64,000 nt of DNA from Candidatus Poribacteria bacterium (lineage in GTDB: Bacteria; Poribacteria; WGA-4E; PCPOR2b). The DNA is taken from assembly GCA_965198175.1 (NCBI GenBank), contig OZ240245.1:3520001-3584000 (forward strand). The letters are read 5' to 3'. Position 1 is the first letter of the stretch; each line of letters starts with the position of its first letter. Position numbers and translations under genes: made by a program. The notes under the pieces were generated by a model that searched no databases, had not been told where the DNA came from, and saw only the letters and a list, made by a program, of their open reading frames with translations. Of this stretch, positions 8,284 to 19,658 are shown piece by piece.

Positions 8284-8970
8284 TTTGTTCTCCTTTTCAA
8301 GGGTTAAATTACGCTTTACAGCGGTTCTTTACAGGATTAGACGATCGCCTCCTATTTATATCTCACTGTTACATATGAATAGGCGGGGAAATCTCAAAAG
8401 TATTCGATCTTGATGAATATCAGCAATCCTGAAAATAAAATTTATACACCGTCCCCTGAGAAACCCCAGAAGCCTGTTATAAACGCATTCAATTTTTGAT
8501 TTTATTTTCAGCCCCAAATTATACTTACGATTGAGATGTCAAAAAGCTGCGAAACCCAGTCATAGAGCGGATATATTGTATAAAATATGTCCTGACCAAC
8601 GAGCCGCTGCAATGAGATTAGATTTCGATTCTTGTTTTAAATTCCTTTAGCAATTGAGACGGAAATTGGATATAATTCTCCTCGTTTGGATAGGGCATAA
8701 CAGATTTTCTTTTAGAGAGATTGAACCTTTTTTGAAACGATAGCCTCTATCTTGACCGATTTCAGTTATGGGCACTCTTCATAAACCCAGGGTATTTGCT
8801 TGTACTTTGAGGGGTGGCAAGAAATAAACGAACAAGCACGCAAGAGCTTCGTGAGGAAACTGTAGGGTTTTAATGAAGTTATTGCGACTTCATGATGTTG
8901 AATGCTCGATTTTGAGCATAACTCTTGTGTACGGCAAATTCCAGACATTTGTTGAGAACCGACTGACTGT

Positions 8971-10122
8971 ATGAAAATCCTTCAACTAGCAGCGATGCAG
9001 ATACGTACATTTCTCTATGGCGTCATCACTGGAAGGCGAATGGGTATTGCGTCCGCCGTTATCCGGGGTGTGCTGACACCGTTAAGTTGGCTTTACAGCG
9101 TTGCTGTTAGGCTTCGGAACGGATTGTACAGTTCAGGAATCCTTACGGTGAAACGTTTACCCTGTCCCGTAATCAGCGTGGGGAACATCGTTGCTGGCGG
9201 CACCGGTAAAACGCCAACGGCAATTTGGATTGCCAAGCATCTTCAAGCTGAGGGATATCGTGTGGGGATATTGCTGCGCGGCTATCACCGACAAAGTCGG
9301 ACAGCAATGACAGTCGTATCGGACGGCAATCAGATTTGCGGCTCCATTGAGGAAAGCGGTGACGAGGCGATAATGATTGCTCGCACTGTACCCGGGTGCA
9401 TCGTCATCGTTAGCAAAGATCGCTACGCCGCTGGGTGTGCCGCCATTCGGATGTGGGGCGAATCGCCGGGGATACTGATCTTGGATGACGGCTTCCAGCA
9501 TCGTCGCCTAAAACGCGATCTCGACATCATTACGGTGGACAGCACACAACCTTTTGGCACAGGCACACTACTACCGGCAGGTACACTGAGAGAGCCGCGC
9601 TCCGCGTTGAAACGCGCGGGCATCGTGTTACTCACACGCACCCAGCGACAGGATCCGACTTTTCAGCGTACAAAACCTTCTGCTCCGGAAAGTTCCGTAC
9701 TTGAGGGAATCGTGGATCAGCAAAAGATCTACGAAAGTCGTCACCGTCCAACGACACTTTTCGAATTGGAATCGAAGCATCTTGCCCCGCTTGATCGACT
9801 ACGCGGACAGTGTGTACTCGCCGTGTGCGGTATCGGTGCCCCCGGCGCCTTCGCCGAAACGCTCCGCCAACACGACGCCCAGCAGGTAACGCTCCTCGCA
9901 TTCCCCGACCACCATCACTACTGCTCAGAAGACTTTAGGCAGATTCGTACTCGAGCCGATGAGATTGGCGCAGATCTGATTGTGACCACCGAGAAGGATG
10001 CGCAACAAATGACCGGTTTCGAAGGGTTGCAGTTCTTTGTGTTAGCGGTTACCCTGGAGATTACCAAGAATCAGATGGGGTTCAGCGAGCGATTGATGCA
10101 GACGATACATCTGCCAACCTAA
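8971..10122 (+). CDS. lpxK: Tetraacyldisaccharide 4'-kinase
   Basis: SVGNIVAGGTGKTP, LDDGFQH, PAGTLRE, FPDHH and TTEKD motifs. Confidence 0.95.
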   Translation: MKILQLAAMQIRTFLYGVITGRRMGIASAVIRGVLTPLSWLYSVAVRLRNGLYSSGILTVKRLPCPVISVGNIVAGGTGKTPTAIWIAKHLQAEGYRVGILLRGYHRQSRTAMTVVSDGNQICGSIEESGDEAIMIARTVPGCIVIVSKDRYAAGCAAIRMWGESPGILILDDGFQHRRLKRDLDIITVDSTQPFGTGTLLPAGTLREPRSALKRAGIVLLTRTQRQDPTFQRTKPSAPESSVLEGIVDQQKIYESRHRPTTLFELESKHLAPLDRLRGQCVLAVCGIGAPGAFAETLRQHDAQQVTLLAFPDHHHYCSEDFRQIRTRADEIGADLIVTTEKDAQQMTGFEGLQFFVLAVTLEITKNQMGFSERLMQTIHLPT

Positions 10123-10256
10123 GTAAGACAGAACCTCTCTCCCAGATAGAGGAGTAAGGCACAACTATGAACTCGACATCTATCCCAAATTGTGATAGGC
10201 TACGGCTTTAGGGGCAAAAACCAAACACCCGAATGTGTACAAGGAGGCGAAAGGTT

Positions 10257-10574
10257 ATGTATGTTATCATCGCACCAATTCAGATTAAGGATGGGCACAA
10301 AAATGCGTTCATAGAAGCGATGTTGGACGACGCCAAAGGATCTGTGAATGATGAACCTGGCTGTCTGAGATTTGATGTGATTCAAGATGGTGCCGACCCG
10401 AATCGGATCTGGCTCTACGAGGTTTATGTAGATGAGGCAGCGTTTGCAGCGCATCGCCAAGCCCCTCACTTCATTAAGTGGCGAAATACCGTGAAGGACT
10501 GGCTCGATGAAGGACCCAAGGGCGCTGGGTTGGGAAGTTCCAACATTTGGCCGACAGACGACGACTTGAAATAG
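10257..10574 (+). CDS. ABM/putative quinol monooxygenase (LsrG-like)
   Basis: EPGCLRFDV, LYEVY..AAFAAH..PHF; AGGAGG RBS before ATG at 10257. Confidence 0.85.
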   Translation: MYVIIAPIQIKDGHKNAFIEAMLDDAKGSVNDEPGCLRFDVIQDGADPNRIWLYEVYVDEAAFAAHRQAPHFIKWRNTVKDWLDEGPKGAGLGSSNIWPTDDDLK

Positions 10575-10762
10575 ACACGAAGTTAAGCGTGGCGAAGATT
10601 GACACTTTAGACCGCGTCTTGTATCAAAGGTTGTTCTTCGGCATCAAGATTGCTGCCAAGGTTTTCACTAGTGTTCATCCACGGACCCCGTCCGATAAAC
10701 GCAAGATTATGATGAAGACATTTCAACTCAATCGCGGCAATCTTCGTTGACTTCTTAGCACG

Positions 10763-11710
10763 TCAGCTCTTTAGAACGCGGACCGCGCTTTGAGTTTGAG
10801 ACAGAAGGTTGTCCACAGCCTGATCTATTGATTCAAACTGGGAAAGGTCAATCCATTGAATCCGCGCATCGTTGCGAAACCATGTCAACTGTCGCTTCGC
10901 TAGGCGACGGGTGTTCTTTTTGAGCAGCGTGATTGCCTCGTCGAGCGATTGCTTTCCGTCAAGATACTCAACGATTTCCTTGTATCCGAAACTCTGGATA
11001 GCAACACAATTACGGGGACAACCTCCAGCTAATAGCCCTTTTACCTCTCCGATCAGTCCTCTTTCTAGCATCCGATCCACACGCGTTTCAACTCGACGAT
11101 AGAGGCAATCTTTCGGCAGATAGAGTCCAAAAGCGTGGAACGGGTTACGCGGCACAGAACGCTTCCACTGCCGTTGAAATGACGAAATTGGTTTTCCTGT
11201 CAATTCATAGATCTCTAGCGCACGAATCACTCTCACGAGGTTGTTGGGATGGATGCGATTTGCGGATTCCGGATCGCAGCGGTGAAGGCGTTCATGTAGA
11301 TCTGTTGTACCGTGTTCCTTTGTCTCTTGCTTAAGTCTAGCTCGGATTTCTGCATCTGCGCCAGGTCCCTCAAAGAGCCCATCAACCAAAGCGCGAAAAT
11401 ACAAGCCTGCCCCTCCGACAATCAGGGGCTGTTTCCCCCGTCTACAGATGTCCTCAATCGCTGCATCAGCCGACCGTTGATAGTCCGCAGCAGAGAAAGG
11501 TCGATCAACATCTACGCAATCAATGAGATGATGTGGCACAGCGTGTTGTTGTTCGGAAGTTGGTTTTGCAGTACCGATGTCCATTTGCCGATAGACTTGC
11601 CGCGAATCCAACGAGACGATTTCGGCATGAATGCACTGCGCTAGGCGAATCGAGATTTCCGTTTTACCAACAGCAGTTGGGCCAACGATGCAAATCAGTG
11701 GAGACTTCAT
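10763..11710 (-). CDS. miaA: tRNA dimethylallyltransferase
   Basis: GPTAVGKT, DSRQVY..MDIGTAKP, AKRQLTWF. Confidence 0.97.
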   Translation of the reverse strand: MKSPLICIVGPTAVGKTEISIRLAQCIHAEIVSLDSRQVYRQMDIGTAKPTSEQQHAVPHHLIDCVDVDRPFSAADYQRSADAAIEDICRRGKQPLIVGGAGLYFRALVDGLFEGPGADAEIRARLKQETKEHGTTDLHERLHRCDPESANRIHPNNLVRVIRALEIYELTGKPISSFQRQWKRSVPRNPFHAFGLYLPKDCLYRRVETRVDRMLERGLIGEVKGLLAGGCPRNCVAIQSFGYKEIVEYLDGKQSLDEAITLLKKNTRRLAKRQLTWFRNDARIQWIDLSQFESIDQAVDNLLSQTQSAVRVLKS

Positions 11711-11770
11711 AAGTGAGACGCGATACGTGATCTGTAAATTCTAATTTTCGCTTCGCCTTCTTCTAGTTCG

Positions 11771-12601
11771 TTAATCCCCATCTCTCAGATTTTCAAGCAG
11801 TTCCTTGGCTTTAATCAAATCCTGGATCTGCTGATCGCCAGAAATCTCTCGCTCAATCGTCAATGGTCCTGCGTAGCCAATCTCTTTAAGTTTGTCAATA
11901 AACCGATCCATTCGAACATCACCTTCACCAAGCGGCGTTTCGACCCCCAATTTATGTTCTTCTGTAGGCCATTTCCCGTCCTTGCAGTGCACACTCACGA
12001 TGAAGTCCTTGAGTAGTTCAAGGGCTTCAATCGGTTCGCCAGAACCATAAAGAATCATGTTTGCCGGATCAAAGTTGACCTTCACATTGCCTCGATTGAC
12101 ATCTTTCAAAAATCGGAGTAATGACGGTGCAGTTTCTTGTCCTGTTTCCAGCGAAAAAATTTGTCCGTTTCGCTTCACATAGTCGGAAATCTCTTGAATT
12201 GCTTTCACCATCTCCGTGTAAAGTGGATCGGTAGGACTTTCTGGGATGAAGCCAGCATGGGCTGCAATTTGCCCCACGCCAAGATTCTTGGCGAAATCGG
12301 AGATTCGCTTTGTTTTTGCGAGGCGTTCAGTGCGATAATCGGCGGGCAGATAGCCAACGGTTCGCTTCACGGTTGGTATATCTGCATAGCTTTCCCCTGC
12401 GAAGCCACAGAACACCGTCGTAATCGTGATACCAGAGACCGCGATTGACTGCTTTAGCTTTTCTTGTGGATCGGGCACGAAGTACCGGTCAGGGGGACAG
12501 CCCATTTGGACGTTATCTACACCAATGGTTTTTACTTTTTCCAAGCTCGTGTCGGGGTCATCGCCAACACCTAGCATAATCCCAACAGACATCGGTTGCA
12601 T
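11771..12601 (-). CDS. Sugar phosphate isomerase/epimerase (TIM barrel)
   Basis: LETGQE, NFDPAN, VHCKD, LTIERE. Confidence 0.85.
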   Translation of the reverse strand: MQPMSVGIMLGVGDDPDTSLEKVKTIGVDNVQMGCPPDRYFVPDPQEKLKQSIAVSGITITTVFCGFAGESYADIPTVKRTVGYLPADYRTERLAKTKRISDFAKNLGVGQIAAHAGFIPESPTDPLYTEMVKAIQEISDYVKRNGQIFSLETGQETAPSLLRFLKDVNRGNVKVNFDPANMILYGSGEPIEALELLKDFIVSVHCKDGKWPTEEHKLGVETPLGEGDVRMDRFIDKLKEIGYAGPLTIEREISGDQQIQDLIKAKELLENLRDGD

Positions 12602-12714
12602 GTGAATGATCCTCCTTGAAATCTGTTATGTGTTATAAACTTAACTTTGAAAATTTGAGCAGAAATGTCGAAAGACTCTCATCATTCATTCGCGGATTAA
12701 CCAAATCGTCCAGG

Positions 12715-13731
12715 TTATCCGCTGACGACATGACACGCGACTTCATGCCCAGGCTCGACTTGGACGAGGTGTTGCAGCCGAGCCGCACAGTCAGCTTGAG
12801 CAATTGGGCATCGAGGGTGGAATCGACAGCCTGATGGCACATCTGCTGGATTAGGCGTATCTCCTTTCAAAATGATGCGGCTACGGGAGGTTTTCGGATC
12901 TGGAATGGGAATAGCGGATAACAGCGCTTGTGTGTACGGGTGTTTTGGATTTTTATACAACCGCTCTTTATCCGTAATTTCGACAATTTGACCCAGATAC
13001 ATCACGGCGACACGGTGACTGATATGCCGCACAACACTAAGATCGTGTGAGATGAAGATGTAGCTTAAATCAAAACGAATCTGCAGTTCTTGCAGCAGGT
13101 TGATGACTTGGGATTGGACAGACACATCAAGCGCCGAGACAGGTTCATCAGCAATGATTAGATCTGGCTCCACCGCCAAAGCCCGCGCAATGCCGATACG
13201 CTGTCGCTGCCCACCGCTGAACTCATGCGGATACCGATGCATATGACCGGAATGCAGTCCAACGAGTCCAAGAAGTTCGCGGACGCGATTTTCCCGCCTC
13301 GCTTTCGACACAATTTGGTGAATCTTCAACGGTTCGCCAAGAATTCGCTCTGCTGTCATGCGCGGGTTCAGCGAACCGTAAGGGTCCTGGAAGATTAACT
13401 GAATATGGCGCCTGAGCTGACGTAAATCCGACTTGTTGAGGTCGAAGATGCGATAGTGGTCATGAGCGACTCGTTGCTTTTGGGGATGAATGTACATTTC
13501 CGCTTCGCCGGCAGTTGGTGTGATTAAACGCGCCAACAGTCGCCCGATAGTTGTTTTTCCGCACCCACTTTCACCAACAAGCCCAAGCGTTTCACCTCGC
13601 TTCACAGTAAGGTTCACTCCATCGACCGCCTTCACTAATTTGCGCGTGTGCTGGAGCATCCCTGTTTTAACCGGGTAATGTTTTCTAAGTCCTCTAGCCG
13701 TGAGGAGAAGATCCGCGGTAGTTTCTTCCAT
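12715..13731 (-). CDS. Oligopeptide/dipeptide ABC transporter ATP-binding protein (OppF/AppF-like)
   Basis: [37 protein letters not shown]. Start moved to 13731 to avoid overlap with the neighbour. Confidence 0.9.
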   Translation of the reverse strand: MEETTADLLLTARGLRKHYPVKTGMLQHTRKLVKAVDGVNLTVKRGETLGLVGESGCGKTTIGRLLARLITPTAGEAEMYIHPQKQRVAHDHYRIFDLNKSDLRQLRRHIQLIFQDPYGSLNPRMTAERILGEPLKIHQIVSKARRENRVRELLGLVGLHSGHMHRYPHEFSGGQRQRIGIARALAVEPDLIIADEPVSALDVSVQSQVINLLQELQIRFDLSYIFISHDLSVVRHISHRVAVMYLGQIVEITDKERLYKNPKHPYTQALLSAIPIPDPKTSRSRIILKGDTPNPADVPSGCRFHPRCPIAQADCAARLQHLVQVEPGHEVACHVVSG

Positions 13732-13759
13732 GTTGCCGCTTCGTTCCACTCTCTTTTTT

Positions 13760-14464
13760 TCAATTGATTGCCATTGCACAGCGAAACCCAAAATCACTGA
13801 ACTGTTTATCAGGCGCAAGACTGCTGCGTGCCGCGCAGCGGGCGAAACGGATGCGATGCCGCCATGACCCTCCACGTGCTACTCGCCGGCTCCCATGCGT
13901 GGGACCTATTGGATTTTGAGTCGGTGAGATGATATAATAGGAAGTATCGTACCAGTCTGCACACCATTCGTGGACGCCTTCCGACGTATTGTACAGACCA
14001 TAGCCATTGGGGCCGTCGGTTCCAATGAGAAAATGTGGGGCATTTCGTCCACCTTGGTGATCTGACGGCAGCCCATCTCCCCATGGATACTCACATCCTT
14101 CCAACCCACCCCGCGCTGCCTTTTCGCGTTCCGCCTCCGTCGGCAGGCGATACGCCTTACATGTAAAATCCCGCAACCATTCACAATAAGCAACAGCATC
14201 ATACCAACTTGGTCCAACAACCGGCTGATTTTCTTCCTGAAATTTGGGATCTCCCCAAAACCGGGGCGGTGTATGCCCTGTCATCTGCAGAAAGATTGCA
14301 TACTCGCGGTTCGTCACAGGGTATTTGGCAATTGCGAACGCATCAACCCATGCACAATGAATCGGTGATTCGTTGGTTGCACCACTTGCACTCCCCATGA
14401 GAAAATCGCCTTTAGGGATGGCGACCATATCGGGCTCAATGGATTTCGGATTTTGCACTGGCAC
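13760..14464 (-). CDS. Formylglycine-generating enzyme (FGE-sulfatase) family protein
   Basis: FLMGS, YPVTN, RLPTEAE.EKAARGG, RGGSW, GFRC. Confidence 0.9.
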   Translation of the reverse strand: MPVQNPKSIEPDMVAIPKGDFLMGSASGATNESPIHCAWVDAFAIAKYPVTNREYAIFLQMTGHTPPRFWGDPKFQEENQPVVGPSWYDAVAYCEWLRDFTCKAYRLPTEAEREKAARGGLEGCEYPWGDGLPSDHQGGRNAPHFLIGTDGPNGYGLYNTSEGVHEWCADWYDTSYYIISPTQNPIGPTHGSRRVARGGSWRHRIRFARCAARSSLAPDKQFSDFGFRCAMAIN

Positions 14465-14597
14465 CTTCTATTTCGTTGGGCGGTAATTCCGTTTTCGCCC
14501 CATCCATTTGCCGTGACAACTTGTCCCGATACAAGCCATTATAGCACTCGTTCGGTTGGGTGTCAACTCCCTTACATTCCGTGGACGCTTTCGATTC

Positions 14598-15092
14598 TTA
14601 CTGCACGAATTCTCCCGGTCGCCACAAATTAATTAACTTACCTGTCGTTTCATGATTGAGTTCTCGCCATTGGGCAAGCGGCAACAAAACCAGAGCTAAA
14701 GTAGCGGTGGGAATAAGCTCCATCCTTCCTATCAATATTCCTAGTAACTCTTCCATACCGGGATTATGACCCACGAGCATGACCCGCTGATAATCGTCGG
14801 ATAGATGGGATAAAACTTCGATGTATGTTCTTGGACCAGCGTGGTAAAAGGCCGGCGTCAATTCAACTTCACCTGCGTAACCACAAGTCTTGGCGACGAT
14901 TTTAGCCGTTTTTCGGGCACGTTTGGCTGTTGAACTCATTATCAGGTCGGGTACCAACCCTTTATCACGAACAATCCCACCTATACGTGGTGCGTCTTGC
15001 TTGCCACGTTTGTTGAGTGGTCGGTCATGATCCGGTAGTTCTGGGTGTTTCCAACTCGACTTCGCATGACGTAAAAGCAGTAATGTCTTCAT
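14598..15092 (-). CDS. Histidine phosphatase, SixA family
   Basis: LLRHAKS, DHDRPLN, VGHNPG. Confidence 0.9.
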   Translation of the reverse strand: MKTLLLLRHAKSSWKHPELPDHDRPLNKRGKQDAPRIGGIVRDKGLVPDLIMSSTAKRARKTAKIVAKTCGYAGEVELTPAFYHAGPRTYIEVLSHLSDDYQRVMLVGHNPGMEELLGILIGRMELIPTATLALVLLPLAQWRELNHETTGKLINLWRPGEFVQ

Positions 15093-15575
15093 GTAATACT
15101 CCCGTGCACAATGCGTAGCTAGCGGATAACAGATTCTCCCTACGCATCACTATGTCACATATTGACTTGTTGATTTGTCAACGATCAACATCTTAGCAAT
15201 TGAAGCGACTGGGTTGTTATTGGGGTAAAGGGGTTCCTATTTTCTGGACGGATTCATCCAGGTGAACCGAGTTAATGGGCGACCTTTAACAACAATAGTT
15301 GTATGTTACCTCAGAATTGCGCAATTCTTCAAGAGCAAAATGCGGTCTCCAAGACATGGAAAAAATAATCTTATGACTTCACATTTGTTTCTCTTTTCTG
15401 TTGTGATAATCCGCTAAGAGATAGGTATATGCCGAGATTAGATAACATCTCTCAAATAGATGAAATGCCAAAATTCCTTGTCCTAACTCTATCCAACATG
15501 ATATACTAATCTACTCTTTTCTAGTGTGCATACTAGTCTTAAGATAAGGAAAACTGATTTCACGCAATTCCCTAT

Positions 15576-16292
15576 ATGAATGGATTCCATCAGATTAGTT
15601 GGCTCATTCGCAAGGATCTCGCACTGCAATTTCGCACGAAGGATACGCTGGTCTTAATTTTCGTATTCAGCGTACTGGTTGTACTCATTTTCATTTTTGC
15701 TTTCGGATCTATATTTCCCGAGGATGCTCATGAGCACGGAAAACTCGCTGCCAGCACGCTGTGGGCCGCTTTTGCGTTCGCAGGTATCATTACGCTCAAC
15801 CGATCCTTCGAGATTGAACGTGCCGACGGCGCTTTGCATGGGATAAGACTAACAGGGATTAATCCGAGCAATTTCTACCTCTCCAAGGTCGTGAGCAACT
15901 TGGTTCTCCTTACGACGCTAGAAGTCATTGTCACCTTAATTGCGCTACAATTTTTGGATGTATTTGATACCTTACCGGCAGATTTACAGGAAAAGCTCCC
16001 TCAGATACTGCTGAAGCTAATGGGTGTTCTTGCAATCAGCACACTGGGTTTCTGTGCAGTAGGTGTAGTCGTATCGGGCATTTCTACCAGCACACATGGT
16101 AATGAAAGCCTACTTTCCGTGATTCTGCTGCCACTGATTCTTCCCATCATCATGGCCGGGGCAAAATGCACCGTCTCCCTGTTGACAATCGGTGCACTAA
16201 AAGGGACGTTTTGGATTACACTGTTAGTTGTCTATAGCCTTGTATTTCTGGTGAGTTCTTATCTTCTCTTTGAGTTCGTGATTGAAGAGTGA
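15576..16292 (+). CDS. ccmB: Heme exporter protein CcmB
   Basis: KDL..FR, LNRSF..E..DG, LLPLILP; about six TM segments. Confidence 0.85.
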   Translation: MNGFHQISWLIRKDLALQFRTKDTLVLIFVFSVLVVLIFIFAFGSIFPEDAHEHGKLAASTLWAAFAFAGIITLNRSFEIERADGALHGIRLTGINPSNFYLSKVVSNLVLLTTLEVIVTLIALQFLDVFDTLPADLQEKLPQILLKLMGVLAISTLGFCAVGVVVSGISTSTHGNESLLSVILLPLILPIIMAGAKCTVSLLTIGALKGTFWITLLVVYSLVFLVSSYLLFEFVIEE

Positions 16293-16375
16293 CAATTTCT
16301 AATATGTGGGATGTAAAACCTAGCGATAATCATACACAGCACGGAGAATGTTTTACGTAAAATGAAATTCATCAA

Positions 16376-17062
16376 TTGGAAGGATTGAAGAAAGTGGTCC
16401 GTACTCAACTCATCGGCATTCTCACAGCGGTTTGTCTGTTTACTGCCCTTTGTTTCGTTTTCAGCTACGCCCAAATTGAAAAGACGATGCTGGAAGTCCA
16501 GAAGATTTTCTACTTCCACGTTTCTTCAGCGTTCACTGTATTCCTTGCTTTCGGTGTGACCTGTTTTTGCAGCGTCTTCTACCTGATTAAACGTAACGAC
16601 AAATATGATATGATTGCCGTCGCATCGACGGAACTTGGCATCGTTTTCTGTACAATCGTTTTGACGACAGGTCCAATCTGGGCAAAGTATGCCTGGAATA
16701 CATGGTGGAATTGGGAACCAAGATTAACCAGCACACTCATCCTCTGGCTGATGTATACAGGCTACTTTATTCTGAGATCCGCGCTGCCTGAGGAGAAACG
16801 GAGGGTCTATTCGGCGGTCCTGGGAATCCTTGCTTATCTTGATGTCCCAATTGTTTACTTCTCAGTCGAACTTTGGAAAGACAAGTTACATCCAGGAATA
16901 GAAACCAAAATTAATCTTCCGCCGACAATGTTCAAAACATGGCTAATCACATGGATCGCGCTTACTGTTCTTTACGTGTTTTTACTAGTGTTACGCTACC
17001 AAACCGAGCGGGTGAAATCGCAATTAGAGTCGATTCAGTATCGCCAGATGGAGGGAGCGTGA
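16376..17062 (+). CDS. ccmC: Heme exporter / cytochrome c biogenesis protein CcmC
   Basis: IFYFHV and the Trp-rich motif TGPIWAKYAWNTWWNWEPRLTS; adjacent to ccmB. Confidence 0.9.
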   Translation: MEGLKKVVRTQLIGILTAVCLFTALCFVFSYAQIEKTMLEVQKIFYFHVSSAFTVFLAFGVTCFCSVFYLIKRNDKYDMIAVASTELGIVFCTIVLTTGPIWAKYAWNTWWNWEPRLTSTLILWLMYTGYFILRSALPEEKRRVYSAVLGILAYLDVPIVYFSVELWKDKLHPGIETKINLPPTMFKTWLITWIALTVLYVFLLVLRYQTERVKSQLESIQYRQMEGA

Positions 17063-17206
17063 AACGTAGAATGTTAACATGAAGTTCGACCAAAAATTGG
17101 TGGTCGCCTGGTTGCGGACCATCAGGAGAATGTGAATTACCGATCCTGCTTCTTAAACCCTATCTGGACAAACTCTCCGGAGACTTGGTAATGGAAGGCG
17201 AGTAAA

Positions 17207-18226
17207 TTGGAGTATCAACGAAACATTATAATCGCGATTCTTTCCGCAATTTCCATTTTTATTATTGGGGTAGTAGGATATTCGATTATTGAGAATGATA
17301 ATCCCCACGGGGATTGGACGTTGACGCATGCGATTTACATGACAGTAATCACGTTGACAACTGTCGGCTACTCAGATTACAATATGTCCGATGAGGGGAA
17401 AATTTTCACGGTTGTGCTGGTTCTTGGAGGAATTGGCGTTTTTTTATACAGTCTTAGTGTGGCAACCGCTTTCATTATTGAAGGTCGGTTACAAAAGGTT
17501 TTTTGGAAGAGACGAATGGAAAAATCAATTGATAAACTCTCAAACCACTATATTGTCTGTGGGATAGGCGATACTGGGGTTCATGCACTTGATGAACTCA
17601 TCCACTTGAACGCTGACTTCGTCGCTGTTGAAAGAGAGCAAATCCAGATTGAACATTTGCTCGAAACAAGAGATTTTCTCTATGTTCAGGGCGATGCCAC
17701 GGAAGATGAAGTGCTTATGCGTGCTGGTATCGATCGAGCGCGCGGGTTGATTGCTTCTCTTTCGACAGATCAAGACAATCTATTTGTCGTTTTATCCGCA
17801 AAACAGCTTAATCGGAGTTTGAGAGTTACATCGAAAGCTGTCGAGGAAAGTTCGCGAGCCAAGCTAGCGAAAGCGGGTGCAGATGACGTCGTCCTCGCGG
17901 ATCAGATTGGAGGATTGCGATTGGTTTCGACAGTCATACGTCCGATGGTGGTTGATTTTCTGGACGATATGCTCAAACACCATGTGACGACGCGTTTTTC
18001 AGAATCCATTATCCAGAGCGAATCACCTTTTATAGGGCTCACCCTCAGCGAAGCCGGCATCCCAGATGAAACCGGTCTAGCGGTTGTGGCTGTCCGCAAT
18101 CGAGCGGGAGATTATATCTATAACCCTTCTGGCGCACTCAGGCTGGATGAGGGAGACGCGCTTATTGTCATCGCGGATAACACCCAGTTAATGAACCTGA
18201 ACAAACTAACTCGAGATACACTTTAA
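17207..18226 (+). CDS. Potassium channel protein (2TM pore + RCK/TrkA-N/C)
   Basis: TLTTVGYSD filter, GIGDTG, GDAT, C-terminal TrkA-C. Confidence 0.9.
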   Translation: MEYQRNIIIAILSAISIFIIGVVGYSIIENDNPHGDWTLTHAIYMTVITLTTVGYSDYNMSDEGKIFTVVLVLGGIGVFLYSLSVATAFIIEGRLQKVFWKRRMEKSIDKLSNHYIVCGIGDTGVHALDELIHLNADFVAVEREQIQIEHLLETRDFLYVQGDATEDEVLMRAGIDRARGLIASLSTDQDNLFVVLSAKQLNRSLRVTSKAVEESSRAKLAKAGADDVVLADQIGGLRLVSTVIRPMVVDFLDDMLKHHVTTRFSESIIQSESPFIGLTLSEAGIPDETGLAVVAVRNRAGDYIYNPSGALRLDEGDALIVIADNTQLMNLNKLTRDTL

Positions 18227-18273
18227 TTTCCTAATTGACAGAAGTCAAGACACAGAATGTAAGGCGTGTCCAT

Positions 18274-18759
18274 CTATATTAAGGTTTTCACACACGCGAC
18301 GAGATTAGTATGTGTAGGGAGGTCAAACTGGTGTGAGCCGACATGAATGAACCGGATGCTACACGCCTTGTCAATTATGAATGTCGAGGGGCGAGCAATG
18401 TTATAAGCGTCAAATCCTAGCCAATGATATACCCCGTAGCTCTTAATTACTTGCCGGTCCTTATCAATGAGTAGTGGAAAGGTGATGTCGTGCCTCTCAG
18501 TATAACGGCGAACTTCTCGTGGCCACTGCGCGATGACACCGATTACTACGGCACCAAAACTGATATATTCATTCAGATGAATTTGTAAATCGCCTAACTG
18601 GCGACGGCTGTTGGGTCACCATGTTCCTCGGAAAAAGGCTAAAATGACGTGCTGCTTATTGCGATACGTTTCGAGACTGACCTCTTCTCGGTGGACAGAC
18701 CGCAAGGTGAATAATGGCGCGCTATCGCCGATATTGAGGATTTTATTTTTTCGTGGCAT
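18274..18759 (-). CDS. AhpC/TSA (peroxiredoxin-like) selenoprotein, Sec at codon 48
   Basis: Not in ORF track. 161 codons: LNIGDSAPLFTL..VILAFFRGTW-TGA(18616-18618)-PNSRRQL..ITFPLLID.DRQVIKSYGV..ARPSTFIIDK..IRFIHVG. Confidence 0.85.
18589..18605 (-). promoter_or_regulatory. Putative bacterial SECIS hairpin
   Basis: GTCGCC-AGTTA-GGCGAT. The loop begins 16 nt after UGA and has G followed by U at loop positions 2-3. Confidence 0.6.
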
Positions 18760-18936
18760 GATTGCAAGAACAAGATGAAATCCGTGGTCCTTTCCGTCAT
18801 CGGGACTTAGCTTTAATGTCCAAGATTTTACCCAACTGCAATACAGATGTCAAACGGGGTTATGGAAATGCAGGACTACCGTACGTAGGAAGCCAAAGAC
18901 TTGAACGTTATCAAGTAGAGGCAAGCCGCCTCCTTA

Positions 18937-19512
18937 TTGTCTGAAACTTATTCACAAGTGGACCGTTCAACAATCGCTCTCATTATCAGCATTATCGCTC
19001 TCTTATTCTCAACCGCAAAGTGGATTTATGACATTCGGGTGAACCAGACAAATCGGGGAAGCCGGCGGCGGAGGTGGCGGGCACCGGATATAAGGGTTGA
19101 ACCATTGGAAGGACAGACGAATTGCTTCATTACCCGCGGTGGATATTTGTTGTTTCTAATCTCGTTCCGGATTTATAATGATAACGATCAAGTCCCAGTT
19201 TCGATTCAAGAATCACAGTTACAATCGAAAATCGGCCGCAAGTGGCACGATACCAACCTGTACGATGTTCCTCAAGCAGTCATTTTCCCGAGTTTACTCC
19301 GCAATAACCTCCCTTTAACGCTAAAACCTGATGAACGACAGGATTTCTATGAAATCTTCGCTCTCGATGAACTCATTCCAAGCATCAGAATTAAAACCCG
19401 CCTCAAGCTCAAGGATGGAAATGGGAAAATCATCATGTGTCAAGAAACATTCAATTATCGCGTCGATGAACGTCCTGTGTTTGACATTTTGTTTCGTACC
19501 TACGAGGCTTAA
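18937..19512 (+). CDS. Hypothetical protein, single N-terminal TM
   Basis: 191-aa ORF with a hydrophobic N-terminal segment. Confidence 0.6.
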   Translation: MSETYSQVDRSTIALIISIIALLFSTAKWIYDIRVNQTNRGSRRRRWRAPDIRVEPLEGQTNCFITRGGYLLFLISFRIYNDNDQVPVSIQESQLQSKIGRKWHDTNLYDVPQAVIFPSLLRNNLPLTLKPDERQDFYEIFALDELIPSIRIKTRLKLKDGNGKIIMCQETFNYRVDERPVFDILFRTYEA

Positions 19513-19658
19513 AATGCCTTTACCGACGAAGGTAAAGATGTGGTCGAAAGATTGTGGACTCTCAGATTCTCATATTTTTTGAAAATATTCATCCGCATCA
19601 GTCATAAACAAGGGCATCTTCTTTTCGTCTTGCACCGGGGTCAAACGAAGGACTGAGA

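Noticed and set aside
8560..8610. Possible dif or tRNA-derived att site at the island edge
   Set aside because: Only a loose resemblance (tgtata core); no XerD arm and no tRNA 3' end.
18232..18377. Interrupted inverted repeat / REP-like signal
   Set aside because: Most of it lies within the selenoprotein coding sequence; short matches, probably chance.
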